From Candidatus Doudnabacteria bacterium (GTDB lineage Bacteria > Patescibacteriota > Doudnabacteria > UBA920 > O2-02-FULL-48-8): a DNA stretch of 64,000 bases. The DNA lies in contig JAIFWV010000003.1 of assembly GCA_019659055.1 (NCBI GenBank), positions 14,706 to 78,705 on the forward strand, written 5' to 3'. The translations under genes were made by a program, and so were the position numbers. Within the stretch, counting starts at the first letter, position 1. Each line of letters opens with the position of its first letter. A model generated the notes under the pieces. That model searched no databases. It saw only the letters and a list, made by a program, of their open reading frames with translations, and was not told the DNA's origin. Below, in pieces: positions 25,785 to 35,227 of this stretch.

Positions 25785-26728
25785 TTGGTTATAAGAAACA
25801 GTCCAATCGATATAAATACAATGGCGGAAAGCTTGAGGGCAATAGTTTCCAAATTAATCCGTTCCTTGAGGACTCGAGGATAGTAGAGCGAAAACCAAGT
25901 GGTGAGCGCCAGCAGGAACACAAATTGCATTCCTTGGAGGGCGTTGACGACTGAGACACTGCCCAAGAACACTGCGTACTTTTGTAGAAACCCTCCAGTC
26001 GTGCCAAACCCGCGCGAAGTATAGTAAAGTGCGACATTGCGTACGCCCGCCTCCTTGGGAGCGCTAAAGATCTTGGTTCGGTTTTGTTTGAAGGCCAAAA
26101 TGGGCAGAACCGGCAGGAGAAATCCAAGCGAAGGCCAGACTAAGCCCGTAATAAAGCTCGCCGAAATATGAAACGGAAAAAGCGATCGGATGACCATGCT
26201 TCCGGCATCATTACTGTGAACAAAAGTGTATTTAGTGAAAACCGAAGTCGTGGCAAAAAATAAAGCCGAAAGTGCCGCGTGGAAAAGAGCCTCGTTCTTC
26301 CAGCCCTGATCCTCTTTGCGGAATGAGATCATCACTGCCCCGAGCACTAGAAACAAAAACCCGGAAGTCTGGGTGATAGTCAGCCGTTCCCCCAAGACGA
26401 GGTAAGCCAAGATAAACGAGAACATCGGGACCAGGCCGCCTTGGATTGGGACCACGCGGGAGACGCTGGTTTTGCCAATTGCCGAATACGAAAAATAAAT
26501 TCCTACGATCATGCTGGCGCCGGCGGCCAGGGCTATGAGAAACGTGGGAAGATTGGGCACTACTCCGCCGAACAAAAGCAAGACGAGCGAGAATGGTCCG
26601 GTGATAGCCGTGTAGAAGGCATAAGCCACGGGAGCGCGGACAACTTTTGATACTAAAAACTTGTCAGTGACACCGGTCACTGCCAGGAATAAATAACCCA
26701 ATAGCGCTACTAAAATCCAGGTTGGCAT
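25781..26728 (-). CDS. Polytopic membrane protein, EamA/DMT-like transporter
   Basis: About 10 TM helices in two repeats. Confidence 0.35.
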   Translation of the reverse strand: MPTWILVALLGYLFLAVTGVTDKFLVSKVVRAPVAYAFYTAITGPFSLVLLLFGGVVPNLPTFLIALAAGASMIVGIYFSYSAIGKTSVSRVVPIQGGLVPMFSFILAYLVLGERLTITQTSGFLFLVLGAVMISFRKEDQGWKNEALFHAALSALFFATTSVFTKYTFVHSNDAGSMVIRSLFPFHISASFITGLVWPSLGFLLPVLPILAFKQNRTKIFSAPKEAGVRNVALYYTSRGFGTTGGFLQKYAVFLGSVSVVNALQGMQFVFLLALTTWFSLYYPRVLKERINLETIALKLSAIVFISIGLFLITK

Positions 26729-27949
26729 TTATTTTTGTATCTCGATTTCTTTAATAACCTCAGCACTCGGACGGACTTTGCGTTCGAGAGTTTCGCGGTT
26801 GATCTCCACTAGCCCAAACAGCGGCCCGTAGCCGTCGGCCCATTCGTAATTATCTATAAGGGACCAGTAAAAATACCCTCGGACATCGGCTCCGCCGCGG
26901 ATAGCTCGCGCAACCCAGCGCAGATGTTCGCGGATAAAATCTTTGCGCATATCGTCGCGGGCATTGGCAATGCCGTTTTCGGTAATGTAAATCGGCTTAT
27001 TGAATTTCTTGAGGTCCAAAAGCACGTGGTACAAGCCTTTGGGGTAAGTCCGCCAGCCCATGTCTGAGCGCATAACCTCTGGTTTGTCTTCGGGCCGATT
27101 CTTAAGGAAATTAAAATTCATTTCGCGCACGCCGTCAGGCAAGCTAAACGACATGAGGTTATAAAAATAATAATTGATGCCTATAAAGTCGAGCTCGTGG
27201 ACTATGCGTTCCAAGAAATAATGATTCCCAAACGTATTAGAAACCCAGACAATGATCTGATCCAGAATATTGTTCCTGCGATAGGGTTCGTAGTACACGC
27301 TGTTTTTGGCCACGCCAATCTTTGCTTCCGGCCGGACTTGCTTGATGGCCTTGTACGCTTTCTTGTGGGCTTGGATGATATTTTTGATCACGACCAGCGT
27401 ACCAAAGACTGAGTGCTTAAACGGCGGCCATTTGCCTTTGTTGTAGCCCATGCCGGCATAAAGCTCAGGCTCGTTGACCGTACACCAAAGGTCAATCTCA
27501 TCCCCCAAATTTTGAGCTACAAACGCGGCATAGCGGGCAAAGGCCTCAATTGCATGAGAAGATTCAAACCCGCCTTTGTCGGCCAGCCACTGCGGCATGG
27601 CAAAGTGCCAAAGTGTGACCATGCGCGTAAGGCCATGGGCCTTCATACTTTGCAAGACTTTGCGGTAGTGTTCGACTTCTTGGTTGTCCCACTGGCCCTC
27701 TTGCGGCTCGATCCGCGACCAGGCTATAGAGATGCGGAAAGCATTGAGCCCGATGTCCTGCGCAATGGTAAAGTCTTCCTCGTATTTATGGTAGTGATCT
27801 GTGGCCTGGCCTGATTTGGGAACCTTGCCTGCCTGTTCGGCGTGCCACCAGTCGTTGTTGGTATTGTTGCCTTCCACCTGGTGTGCCGAAGTGGCCGCGC
27901 CTATCAAAAACCCTTTCGGCAAAACAATTTTGGTTTCGGGTTCAGTCAT
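26729..27949 (-). CDS. bglA: Glycoside hydrolase family 1 beta-glucosidase
   Basis: Catalytic motifs TVNEPE (acid/base) and YITENGIA (nucleophile). Confidence 0.85.
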   Translation of the reverse strand: MTEPETKIVLPKGFLIGAATSAHQVEGNNTNNDWWHAEQAGKVPKSGQATDHYHKYEEDFTIAQDIGLNAFRISIAWSRIEPQEGQWDNQEVEHYRKVLQSMKAHGLTRMVTLWHFAMPQWLADKGGFESSHAIEAFARYAAFVAQNLGDEIDLWCTVNEPELYAGMGYNKGKWPPFKHSVFGTLVVIKNIIQAHKKAYKAIKQVRPEAKIGVAKNSVYYEPYRRNNILDQIIVWVSNTFGNHYFLERIVHELDFIGINYYFYNLMSFSLPDGVREMNFNFLKNRPEDKPEVMRSDMGWRTYPKGLYHVLLDLKKFNKPIYITENGIANARDDMRKDFIREHLRWVARAIRGGADVRGYFYWSLIDNYEWADGYGPLFGLVEINRETLERKVRPSAEVIKEIEIQK

Positions 27950-28045
27950 AATTCCTAATTCATGATTCCTAATTCCCCCTCATTATACTGAATTTTGACT
28001 TAAATTGCTAGTTTTACTAGAATACCTTATTCAAAAGGAGGGGCA

Positions 28046-28567
28046 ATGAAATGGGTCTTTTGGATTGATGCTCAGCTTTTGAAGATTGTTCAAAAGCTGG
28101 CCAATGGCGTGAATGTTCTCACCGGGAAAGACAATTTCTGGATGGCCAAGCAGGCGGCCTTTCTTGCTGCTGTGTTCTGGATTCTCGAGAATGTTCTCGA
28201 AGCGAAATCAATAAATATTTTTGCCCTGATTTTATTCGGCGCCGGATACTTTGTGATCCCACTCGTGTGGATCAAAAGCATAGAAAGGCAAGAAATATTT
28301 AGAGAACGCCTTCGGATCTCAAATGTTAAACCAAACCCGCTCTTGGATGCGATAATGCGGTTAGTGGTCCTGGCCCTGGAATTGTTCGGAATGACAAATA
28401 GCGCGCATCGGCATGGCTGGAAGTGGCTGGATGTTCTGGGCTATCTTTCACTAATTCTCATGATCTACCTCATCGGGATCGATAAGCCGCCCTATAGCAA
28501 GAGCAAGGTCTGGGAGTGGCTGTCCCGCCCGAAACCCGTTCTTCAACCGAGTCAGGTCAAATCCTAG
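28046..28567 (+). CDS. Membrane protein, function unknown
   Basis: 173 aa with four or five hydrophobic helices. Confidence 0.4.
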   Translation: MKWVFWIDAQLLKIVQKLANGVNVLTGKDNFWMAKQAAFLAAVFWILENVLEAKSINIFALILFGAGYFVIPLVWIKSIERQEIFRERLRISNVKPNPLLDAIMRLVVLALELFGMTNSAHRHGWKWLDVLGYLSLILMIYLIGIDKPPYSKSKVWEWLSRPKPVLQPSQVKS

Positions 28568-28608
28568 ACTCGGTTTTTTCTTTGCCAGACAAAGTATATA
28601 ATACCTTT

Positions 28609-29214
28609 ATGAAAATAGTATATTTAGTATTGGCAGGATTGGCCCTGGTTTCCATAACTTTTTTTGTATTTCACCAAAAATCAGCCGACTACCCTGTCCC
28701 GACTGTCGGGACCAATATAATAGTTTTTGGCGATAGCCTAGCCTTCAGCCAAGGGTCCACAGAAAACCACGATCTGGCCTCGCTCCTCTCACAGAAACTC
28801 GGCCTACCCGTGATAAACTCAGGCGTCAGTGGCGACACTACTGTAAGTGCCGCCCCGCGTGTGCCAGCAGACGTCCTCGCCCACGATCCCAAAATCGTGA
28901 TCATCCTGCTTGGTGGCAATGACTTCTTCCACCAGATCCCACCGGCGCAGACTATGACAGCTCTCAGGTCTATAGTCGAGAGTATCCAAGCGAAAGGTGC
29001 TGGGATAATTCTCATCAACGAAAACAAATCCTTTGCCACGGCTGATATGTTCGAGGCGCTGGCCAAGGAGAAAAACATACCGTACATGGAAAATATCATG
29101 GGCGGGATTATCAACCGACGGGAGCTTATGTCCGATGCTATCCACCCCAACGATGCCGGGTATGAGATCATGGCCGAAAAAATCACCCTCGTCATCGAGG
29201 ATTATTTAAAATAG
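28609..29214 (+). CDS. SGNH/GDSL-family hydrolase with signal anchor
   Basis: Block I IVFGDSLA (GDS), block III GGNDF and block V DAIHPN. The internal Met at 28609 avoids overlap with the upstream gene. Confidence 0.75.
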   Translation: MKIVYLVLAGLALVSITFFVFHQKSADYPVPTVGTNIIVFGDSLAFSQGSTENHDLASLLSQKLGLPVINSGVSGDTTVSAAPRVPADVLAHDPKIVIILLGGNDFFHQIPPAQTMTALRSIVESIQAKGAGIILINENKSFATADMFEALAKEKNIPYMENIMGGIINRRELMSDAIHPNDAGYEIMAEKITLVIEDYLK

Positions 29215-29236
29215 TCATTGTTATAGTTGAAATAAA

Positions 29237-29270
29237 AAAAGCCGTGAGTCCCAAAAGTGGAACCCACGGT
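29237..29270 (-). terminator. Intrinsic terminator ending the six-gene minus-strand operon (first copy of the CCGTGAGT...ACCCACGG hairpin, plus U7)
   Basis: On minus-strand RNA: ACCGUGGGUUCCACUUUUGGGACUCACGGC followed by UUUUUUU. Confidence 0.75.
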
Positions 29271-29279
29271 ATTGTGTCA

Positions 29280-29480
29280 TTACGGATTTTTCCAACCCGG
29301 CTGTGCACGAACCTCGAGAAGTTGATCGATGGTGAGATTGAGCATGTCCCAGCCCTTCCCACGGCAGTACTGCTCGACGAATGCGTGACGCGCACGAAGC
29401 ACGTCGGCTTCTTTCTCCGTGACGCCGACAACGACCATTCCACCCGGCAGCTGTAGATCTAATCTTTTTTCGTTGTCCAT
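29280..29480 (-). CDS. Small hypothetical protein (66 aa)
   Basis: GAGGG Shine-Dalgarno then ATG at 29480. Last gene of the operon. Confidence 0.4.
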   Translation of the reverse strand: MDNEKRLDLQLPGGMVVVGVTEKEADVLRARHAFVEQYCRGKGWDMLNLTIDQLLEVRAQPGWKNP

Positions 29481-29488
29481 GGAAACCC

Positions 29489-29863
29489 TCAGAGAAGTTC
29501 GAACTCTCCTGGGAAAACAGTCTGTTCGTAGATATACGTGTCGAGCTCCTCGCCTTCCATACGGTTGGCGAGTAGTTTTTCGTGCGGAATGTCGAGGACA
29601 AGTACCCAACCCCTCGACGTGTGTGAGATTCCTTTGATCTTCTCACCCCACATCTTGGGACTGCTTACATGCAGTTGCAATCCACCCTCATCGGAAACCT
29701 CGATCGCGGTGATCGTGCCGACAAGAATGTGATGATGACTGCCATGTTCGCATCCGAACCGAAACATCCTTCCGATAATGGGCTCAGGCCCAAGCGGAAG
29801 ATTGGCTGACTGGAGTGCATACTGCAACTCAGTCCTGAAACTTCTTCCAGGTGCAAGGCTCAT
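29489..29863 (-). CDS. Hypothetical protein (124 aa)
   Basis: GAAGGAGGAATTGAAATG at 29863. Confidence 0.45.
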   Translation of the reverse strand: MSLAPGRSFRTELQYALQSANLPLGPEPIIGRMFRFGCEHGSHHHILVGTITAIEVSDEGGLQLHVSSPKMWGEKIKGISHTSRGWVLVLDIPHEKLLANRMEGEELDTYIYEQTVFPGEFELL

Positions 29864-29899
29864 TTCAATTCCTCCTTCTTTTTCTTTCTGGGAAATGAG

Positions 29900-29929
29900 G
29901 CCGGGGTCCTGATTGTCAGAACCCACGGC
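29900..29929. repeat. Degenerate copy of the inter-cistronic hairpin (GCCGGGGTCCTG...CAGAACCCACGGC)
   Basis: Located 3' of the 29933 gene. It shares the right arm GAACCCACGG with the other copies. Confidence 0.45.
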
Positions 29930-29932
29930 TTG

Positions 29933-30424
29933 TTACGAGAACTTCACGATATCCTTGATCACGAGATAGTTAGACTCAAGGCCGCCATCGCTCACGGCGG
30001 TCTTTACCAGCTCAAACTCGATCCGGTCAAGTTTGGATAGTCCCAATAGCTTGTCAAAATCCGGATGACCAGGTTTGTAGAAGAGCCGTGCGGTCAATCG
30101 CTCACGATCATCTGTGTGGAGTAAGACTCCACCAATATCTTGACCTCTGACTACTTCTTTCACGATCCACCGATGTGCGGCGACTTGTCCCGCTCTCTTC
30201 CTAGCAAGCTTCTCGACGTCTTCTCTAGCTATCAGATTCGTGACGCGAAACCCAAGCCATACACCAACCATTGCCATCGGGAGTGAGATTCTGACCATCC
30301 ACTTGAGGACGCTATCTGTTGGCGTAATCCAACCTAATTGCCGGAATACAGCAGCATAAAGAGTTACAAGGAACGGAACGAGCATGCACATAAAAACAAC
30401 GCTCAGCCTACCTATCTTTCTCAC
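29933..30424 (-). CDS. Membrane-anchored hypothetical protein (163 aa)
   Basis: CAGGAGGA Shine-Dalgarno then GTG start. N-terminal TM helix. Confidence 0.45.
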   Translation of the reverse strand: MRKIGRLSVVFMCMLVPFLVTLYAAVFRQLGWITPTDSVLKWMVRISLPMAMVGVWLGFRVTNLIAREDVEKLARKRAGQVAAHRWIVKEVVRGQDIGGVLLHTDDRERLTARLFYKPGHPDFDKLLGLSKLDRIEFELVKTAVSDGGLESNYLVIKDIVKFS

Positions 30425-30460
30425 AATGTCCTCCTGGACGAATTGTTGAAAAGCGAATTT

Positions 30461-30527
30461 GCTTCACTCCGCAAAGTTCACGACTGTAATATGGTACAGT
30501 ATTACAGTGAACTCTCTGGAGTGAAGC
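30461..30527. promoter_or_regulatory. 67-nt imperfect palindrome in the 5' UTR of 29933..30424 (candidate operator or RNA structure)
   Basis: Arms GCTTCACTCCGCAAAGTTCACGACTGTAAT and ATTACAGTGAACTCTCTGGAGTGAAGC around a central GGTAC. Confidence 0.4.
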
Positions 30528-30553
30528 CGTGAGTTCTGTGTAGAACCCACGGC
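30526..30553. repeat. Inter-cistronic hairpin copy GCCGTGAGTTC-TGTGTA-GAACCCACGGC
   Basis: 10-bp stem with one A·C mismatch, immediately 3' of the HExxH gene stop. Confidence 0.6.
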
Positions 30554-30556
30554 TGG

Positions 30557-31219
30557 TTAGCGCAGATTGAACTGCGAGTAAAACTTCTCAAACGCCACAC
30601 ACGAAGGTGCTTTTGTGCAATGCTTTAGCGCCTCGTGCAGATTTCGGAAACCGATCGGGACTGGCTGGTTGGTTTTGAGTAATTCAGAGATGATCAATTG
30701 ATCAGTGAGTCTCCATGCTCTGAATTCCTCCGCAATCTGCGTCTTCTTTCGAATTATCGGGTCGGGAATTTTCTGTGTATAAAAAGCCTCGGGCTTTTCC
30801 AGATGTATGGCTTCGTGAGCCAATACAATTGCAAACGTATCCTTGGCTGTGCGGTTAAAACCTACCCGGACCCGTTCCTGTATCCGCACCATTACCATGA
30901 GCTGGTTGGCGTTTATCTCAACCACCGGCGCATGATTTTGGTAAAACGAATGCATCAGCGCCACCCCGAGGTTACCGTTGTCATCCGTCACCAGTTTAAA
31001 ACTGAGTTTGTTGGCCGCCTGTTGCCCATACATCCAGTTGATCTTCTCCTTAAGAGCATCTGGCATGTATGAATTCTCCGGGAGCGCGGGCTGGATGGCG
31101 CCAAACAGTTGATTCACCAACGCTATGGCATCCTTGGGATCCATCACCACCACTGGCGGCTGTTTGTACTGAGCTGAAGCCAAAACCAGTGCCAGCACCT
31201 GGGCGAAAACGAATCTCAT
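30557..31219 (-). CDS. Secreted protein with an HExxH motif (candidate zinc metallopeptidase)
   Basis: AGGAGGACCAATG at 31219. Signal peptide MRFVFAQVLALVLASA. Motif VLAHEAIHLE. Confidence 0.45.
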   Translation of the reverse strand: MRFVFAQVLALVLASAQYKQPPVVVMDPKDAIALVNQLFGAIQPALPENSYMPDALKEKINWMYGQQAANKLSFKLVTDDNGNLGVALMHSFYQNHAPVVEINANQLMVMVRIQERVRVGFNRTAKDTFAIVLAHEAIHLEKPEAFYTQKIPDPIIRKKTQIAEEFRAWRLTDQLIISELLKTNQPVPIGFRNLHEALKHCTKAPSCVAFEKFYSQFNLR

Positions 31220-31351
31220 TGGTCCTCCTGGACAAATGTTCAAATATCTTTCACTTCACAGACTTAAATCGAATTCCTGACGAAGGTCAGGATCATTCAC
31301 GAATGATGCTGAAATAAATTCAGCAATTCTAATTAAAATCTAAGAAGTGAG

Positions 31352-31380
31352 GCCGTGAGTTCTGTTGTAGAACCCACGGC
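31352..31380. repeat. Inter-cistronic hairpin copy GCCGTGAGTTC-TGTTGTA-GAACCCACGGC
   Basis: Near-identical to the copy at 30526-30553 and preceded by the same AGTGARG context. It is 3' of the 31387 gene. Confidence 0.6.
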
Positions 31381-31386
31381 ACTTGT

Positions 31387-32343
31387 CTAAATTGCTGCAA
31401 AGATACGAGACTTCGTACCCAGCGTACCAAACAGGGTATTAAAATCCTGTGCATGACCATAGCCCATCACGATCACACCAGTGTGGAGGTTTTGCAACCT
31501 CATCTGGCTGATCATTCGAGCCAGTGCGATCAGGCTTCGAGCCGCAACCACGGAGCGTGTGAGCTCTTCAAGTTCTGCCGCACGGACTTTACTCATGCCA
31601 GACAGCTCTTGAATGACGACATTCAGATTGAGTAACGCAGGATCTTCACCGCCGGTCAGGTTGGCTTTCGGATGCTGACCGTAGTACATCAACACACCGT
31701 CCAACTCGGTCTTGGTACGAACCGCCCTCATGATTGCTTGGCGAGTGACAGTGACTCCCATGTTCTTTGCTTCCGCCATTGCTTCGTCGGCCAGACTGTC
31801 CCACGTAACGTGATCCGATGAACTTCCTTCCCAACTGATGATGTCGTAAGGATAGTGCTCGAGGAGTTCTTTCTGTTCGGCTTGACTGCGCCGGAAGACC
31901 GGATCGTTGTCATCGCCGCCGATATGGTAGATTCCGATGTAATCGATCTCCATACCAGCTGCTGTGGCGAACTGCTGTTTTGCAAACGCCTCGTATTCAC
32001 TGAGGTTCGCGAGAACAGCTTGAGCTGACTTGCCGATCTGGGGATCAGAGAGGTACTTCGGAAGCTGAGTTCGTAACTGTGCCAGCGGCAAGAACAGGTC
32101 CTTATCCTCTGTATCCTTGTGGTCGATGACCACGATAGGAGTCAGAAAATTCATTGAGACAAGCTTGTCGGCCATTATAGCCTGCCGCCTTCGTGCGTCT
32201 CTACCCATCAGACCTCCAAGGTTGAAGTAGACAATCACTCCAACCAAGAAAATTAGCAAGCCCAGCAGCGGCCATCGGAGTACAGACCCTCGACTGGATG
32301 TTGGAACCTTGTTAGGCTCCGGCTTCCTTTTGCGTTTGCTCAT
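31387..32343 (-). CDS. Membrane-anchored hypothetical protein (318 aa)
   Basis: N-terminal basic region followed by a TM helix. No family recognised. Confidence 0.45.
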   Translation of the reverse strand: MSKRKRKPEPNKVPTSSRGSVLRWPLLGLLIFLVGVIVYFNLGGLMGRDARRRQAIMADKLVSMNFLTPIVVIDHKDTEDKDLFLPLAQLRTQLPKYLSDPQIGKSAQAVLANLSEYEAFAKQQFATAAGMEIDYIGIYHIGGDDNDPVFRRSQAEQKELLEHYPYDIISWEGSSSDHVTWDSLADEAMAEAKNMGVTVTRQAIMRAVRTKTELDGVLMYYGQHPKANLTGGEDPALLNLNVVIQELSGMSKVRAAELEELTRSVVAARSLIALARMISQMRLQNLHTGVIVMGYGHAQDFNTLFGTLGTKSRIFAAI

Positions 32344-32350
32344 CGTTACC

Positions 32351-32983
32351 TCAATGGTTGTACTGCTCGATTTTCACAACGTGCGGTTCATTCGGGTTTG
32401 CGTCTTCTGCTAAAAGCAGGAGTTCGCAGTTACCGAAATGGAACTGTGTGAGAATATCGAGCCAGTTGAGCTTGTAGTAAGCGCAGTAAAGCGACTTGCC
32501 GATGTCGCCATGCGTGACCAAGAGGACAGAACCGCCTTTGTGCTTAGTCGTGATGTCGTCGATGACACGTTTTGCTCTCTCCACCAAATCTGGAAACGTT
32601 TCCGCACCAGGTGGATGCAGAAAATAAGTGATCGTGTCCGTCTTCACGATGTCGGGAGCGCAGAGCTTTTCGATTTCGGAGGCCTTCTTTCCGGTCATGA
32701 CGCCGAAGTCGCGTTCGATAAGTGAGTCAAGGACTTCCGGGCCAAGCATGCCTGGCATAGAAATCCCGAGCGTCTCACATACGATCTCCGCCGTCTCCTT
32801 CGCGCGCCAAAGCGGCGAAGTATAGACAGCGTCGAATGCTAGACCAGCGTCCTTGATACCGACTGCCAGTTGATGTGCTTGCTTAATTCCAAGCGGAGTA
32901 AGAGGTTCATTGCGATGACCGTTGAGGATCCCGTTCGCATTATCCACGTTCTGCCCATGACGAGCAATATAGATTTTCAGCAA
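32351..32983 (-). CDS. Histidine phosphatase superfamily protein (phosphoglycerate-mutase-like)
   Basis: IYIARHGQ (RHG catalytic motif) with a downstream His. AGGAGGAAAGAATTG suggests a TTG start at 32983. Confidence 0.65.
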   Translation of the reverse strand: MLKIYIARHGQNVDNANGILNGHRNEPLTPLGIKQAHQLAVGIKDAGLAFDAVYTSPLWRAKETAEIVCETLGISMPGMLGPEVLDSLIERDFGVMTGKKASEIEKLCAPDIVKTDTITYFLHPPGAETFPDLVERAKRVIDDITTKHKGGSVLLVTHGDIGKSLYCAYYKLNWLDILTQFHFGNCELLLLAEDANPNEPHVVKIEQYNH

Positions 32984-33064
32984 TTCTTTCCTCCTGAATC
33001 TTTTCAAGGAAAGCTAATATTTAAGGCTTAAATACCAGGTTTCAATTGTTGACACTAACGCTTA

Positions 33065-33093
33065 ATTATACTCCTTTTTCGTGATTTTGTCAA
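33065..33093 (-). promoter_or_regulatory. Perfect consensus sigma70 promoter on the minus strand (TTGACA, 17 nt, TATAAT) driving the 32983..29280 operon
   Basis: The minus strand reads TTGACAaaatcacgaaaaaggagTATAAT. Confidence 0.7.
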
Positions 33094-33171
33094 TGATAAC
33101 GCTATGCAAACAAAAAAGACTTCTTCGTAGAAATCTTCTTTGTTGCCAGAACAACAACCATTAATTCCAAA

Positions 33172-34389
33172 CTATTTAGTTCCCGAATCTGCCTCATCAA
33201 TATGTCTTTGAATTATCTGATTAATCTGATTTAGAGATTCTTCGTCTTTTGGTAAATTATCAATCGCAAGCCCAACTTGTCTCCAATATGTATGAGTGCT
33301 GCCTCCTTGTTTGTCATCTAATGAAGCTGTTGTCGACCCAAATTTAGAATTTATTTCTGCACAAATGCTTTCGATAAGTCGTCTATCAGTTTTGTCTCTA
33401 CCGCGCCCCTCATAGCTATAATCCGATTCGGTGCCAAACAAATAATATACTCCGGTAGGATTTTTGATAACCCCAACGTATCTACCACCTTTACTCTCTA
33501 GTTTATCTGGACAACGATCAATTAAAATTGCCTTATCTATCTCTTTCTTATTCATTCCACTGCCAAACTTATATCCAAAATATTCAATAGCTCTATGTAA
33601 ATCAAATCGGTGAGAATCCATCTGAGATCCTTTTGCCACCAACTCTTTGAGAGTCTCTTCTATAGTAAAATCCTTATATGGATTTATGAAGCTTCTTAAA
33701 TCTTGAGGTATGGTTTGTAAAATTTCTTTTATTACACTCTGGGGCGGGAAATTTTCAACAGCTCCCCTCACTTGTTCAATCTTTTCCGTTAAGGCCAGTT
33801 CTTCCGAAAATATAGTATTATAACTCTTAGTAAATGCGCGCATCATTTCTCGGGAATATGCCATCATTGAGTTTCTAACTTTTTCATCTTCTTCTAACTT
33901 CTTTAAAGATTCTAGCGGATTGGCTGACTCAGCAATTTGCTGAACGTACCGACGCTCATATATTTTCTCGGCGGAGGCATACACACCACCTTCTTTTATA
34001 CCTGCTAAGTGTACGTTCAAATTGTCTCCTTTGTTTTCTACGACAACAATTGCTTTTTTGTATACAGTTAATCTTGCAAAGGAATCGGTCTTTTTTTCCG
34101 ATTCATATAGATAGAATGGAGCTTCTGCGGTAAAATATGAACGACCGCTTTCCGTAGTGGGCCGTTCTCCTATGGAGGTTGCTTGGTCTATAACCCTTGA
34201 AACATGAGCATCCTCGTATTGTCTAAATTTTCTGGATGCGTAAAGATCCACTTCGGGTTCAACCAAGCTTGTTAGAGAATTCATCTCTTCAAACGTGGCA
34301 TTGGGATGTGTATCTAAAAATTCTCGTATTAATCGAGAAGGTTTTTCGTTTGATTCTGGATGTTCGATCTTGGGTCTTTCGGTTTCCAT
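33172..34389 (-). CDS. Hypothetical protein (about 405 aa), AT-rich
   Basis: The internal Met (METERPK) at 34389 lies 8 nt after the upstream stop. The ORF-track start at 34515 would overlap the upstream gene. Confidence 0.45.
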   Translation of the reverse strand: METERPKIEHPESNEKPSRLIREFLDTHPNATFEEMNSLTSLVEPEVDLYASRKFRQYEDAHVSRVIDQATSIGERPTTESGRSYFTAEAPFYLYESEKKTDSFARLTVYKKAIVVVENKGDNLNVHLAGIKEGGVYASAEKIYERRYVQQIAESANPLESLKKLEEDEKVRNSMMAYSREMMRAFTKSYNTIFSEELALTEKIEQVRGAVENFPPQSVIKEILQTIPQDLRSFINPYKDFTIEETLKELVAKGSQMDSHRFDLHRAIEYFGYKFGSGMNKKEIDKAILIDRCPDKLESKGGRYVGVIKNPTGVYYLFGTESDYSYEGRGRDKTDRRLIESICAEINSKFGSTTASLDDKQGGSTHTYWRQVGLAIDNLPKDEESLNQINQIIQRHIDEADSGTK

Positions 34390-34396
34390 ACTCTTA

Positions 34397-35227
34397 CTAC
34401 TTAGCTTCGATAAATACATGAGTATTCCAGAACCTGGACTCTTTGCTATCGCCTGTAGAATCGGCTTTATACCCTTCAGTGTTAATGCGCGCTGGATAAG
34501 CTGGCGCATTGTCACCAGGAAAGACAGTCAAAATTGTTGGTTTATTTTCAATTTTTTGAATGATGACTGTAATTTTTTTAGTCTGAGCAGCATCTTGAAA
34601 TTTTTCTTTTGGTACTTTAGCGATATTGGCTTTCGGTTCAAATTTTGCTTTAGGATTTTTTATATCTCCATCTTCAGTTTTGATGATCTCCCAGCCCTTA
34701 TCAGTTCGTGCAGTTTCTGGATACCAAGCCCCCTCCATCCCGTCTACAATATCTTCAGTCCCACCAGGTGTTCGAGTCCTTTTTTGGATCTCGGCATCTG
34801 GGAAAGTGGATTGAATTTCTTCAATACTTTTTACACCGCTGTAACCAAGAGGTGAATCGGTATTTAATTCAACGGTCAGCTCGGCTCTTCCGTATTGATC
34901 GTATTGCAAAGTGGAAGGTAAGGTTTTTTTCAATAAATATTTCAAATCATCAGATCCTTGAATAACATCCCCATTGAACTGGCTGCCCGCCACTTCGCCG
35001 CTTTGGTGAATTTTGATATGATCTAAAGCTGAGCCAAAGTCTATATCTTCAGTTCTAAATTTTTCTCCCAGTTCTAGACTCCCATCGCCTCTTGTAGTGA
35101 TTTGTTCAAATTTTGCCTGATAGTCTTTGAATCGCTCTTCAGGTGGTATATAACTTCGACCATAGTCCTGTTGCATATAAAAATTTGTTAGTGCTAAGAA
35201 ACCTAAAATCTCAATTGGCAGCCCCAA
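34397..35227 (-). CDS. Hypothetical protein (up to 276 aa), AT-rich; start uncertain
   Basis: The ORF-track TTG start overlaps the 3' end of the tRNA. The real start is probably an internal Met, for example at about 35176. Confidence 0.4.
   Translation of the reverse strand: MGLPIEILGFLALTNFYMQQDYGRSYIPPEERFKDYQAKFEQITTRGDGSLELGEKFRTEDIDFGSALDHIKIHQSGEVAGSQFNGDVIQGSDDLKYLLKKTLPSTLQYDQYGRAELTVELNTDSPLGYSGVKSIEEIQSTFPDAEIQKRTRTPGGTEDIVDGMEGAWYPETARTDKGWEIIKTEDGDIKNPKAKFEPKANIAKVPKEKFQDAAQTKKITVIIQKIENKPTILTVFPGDNAPAYPARINTEGYKADSTGDSKESRFWNTHVFIEAK

Noticed and set aside
29237-31380. Integron gene-cassette array, with the conserved post-gene hairpins as attC sites
   Set aside because: No GTTRRRY/RYYYAAC core sites flank the hairpins and no intI integrase is nearby. 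The operon has a single strong promoter and terminator, so the hairpins are more likely RNA-level elements.
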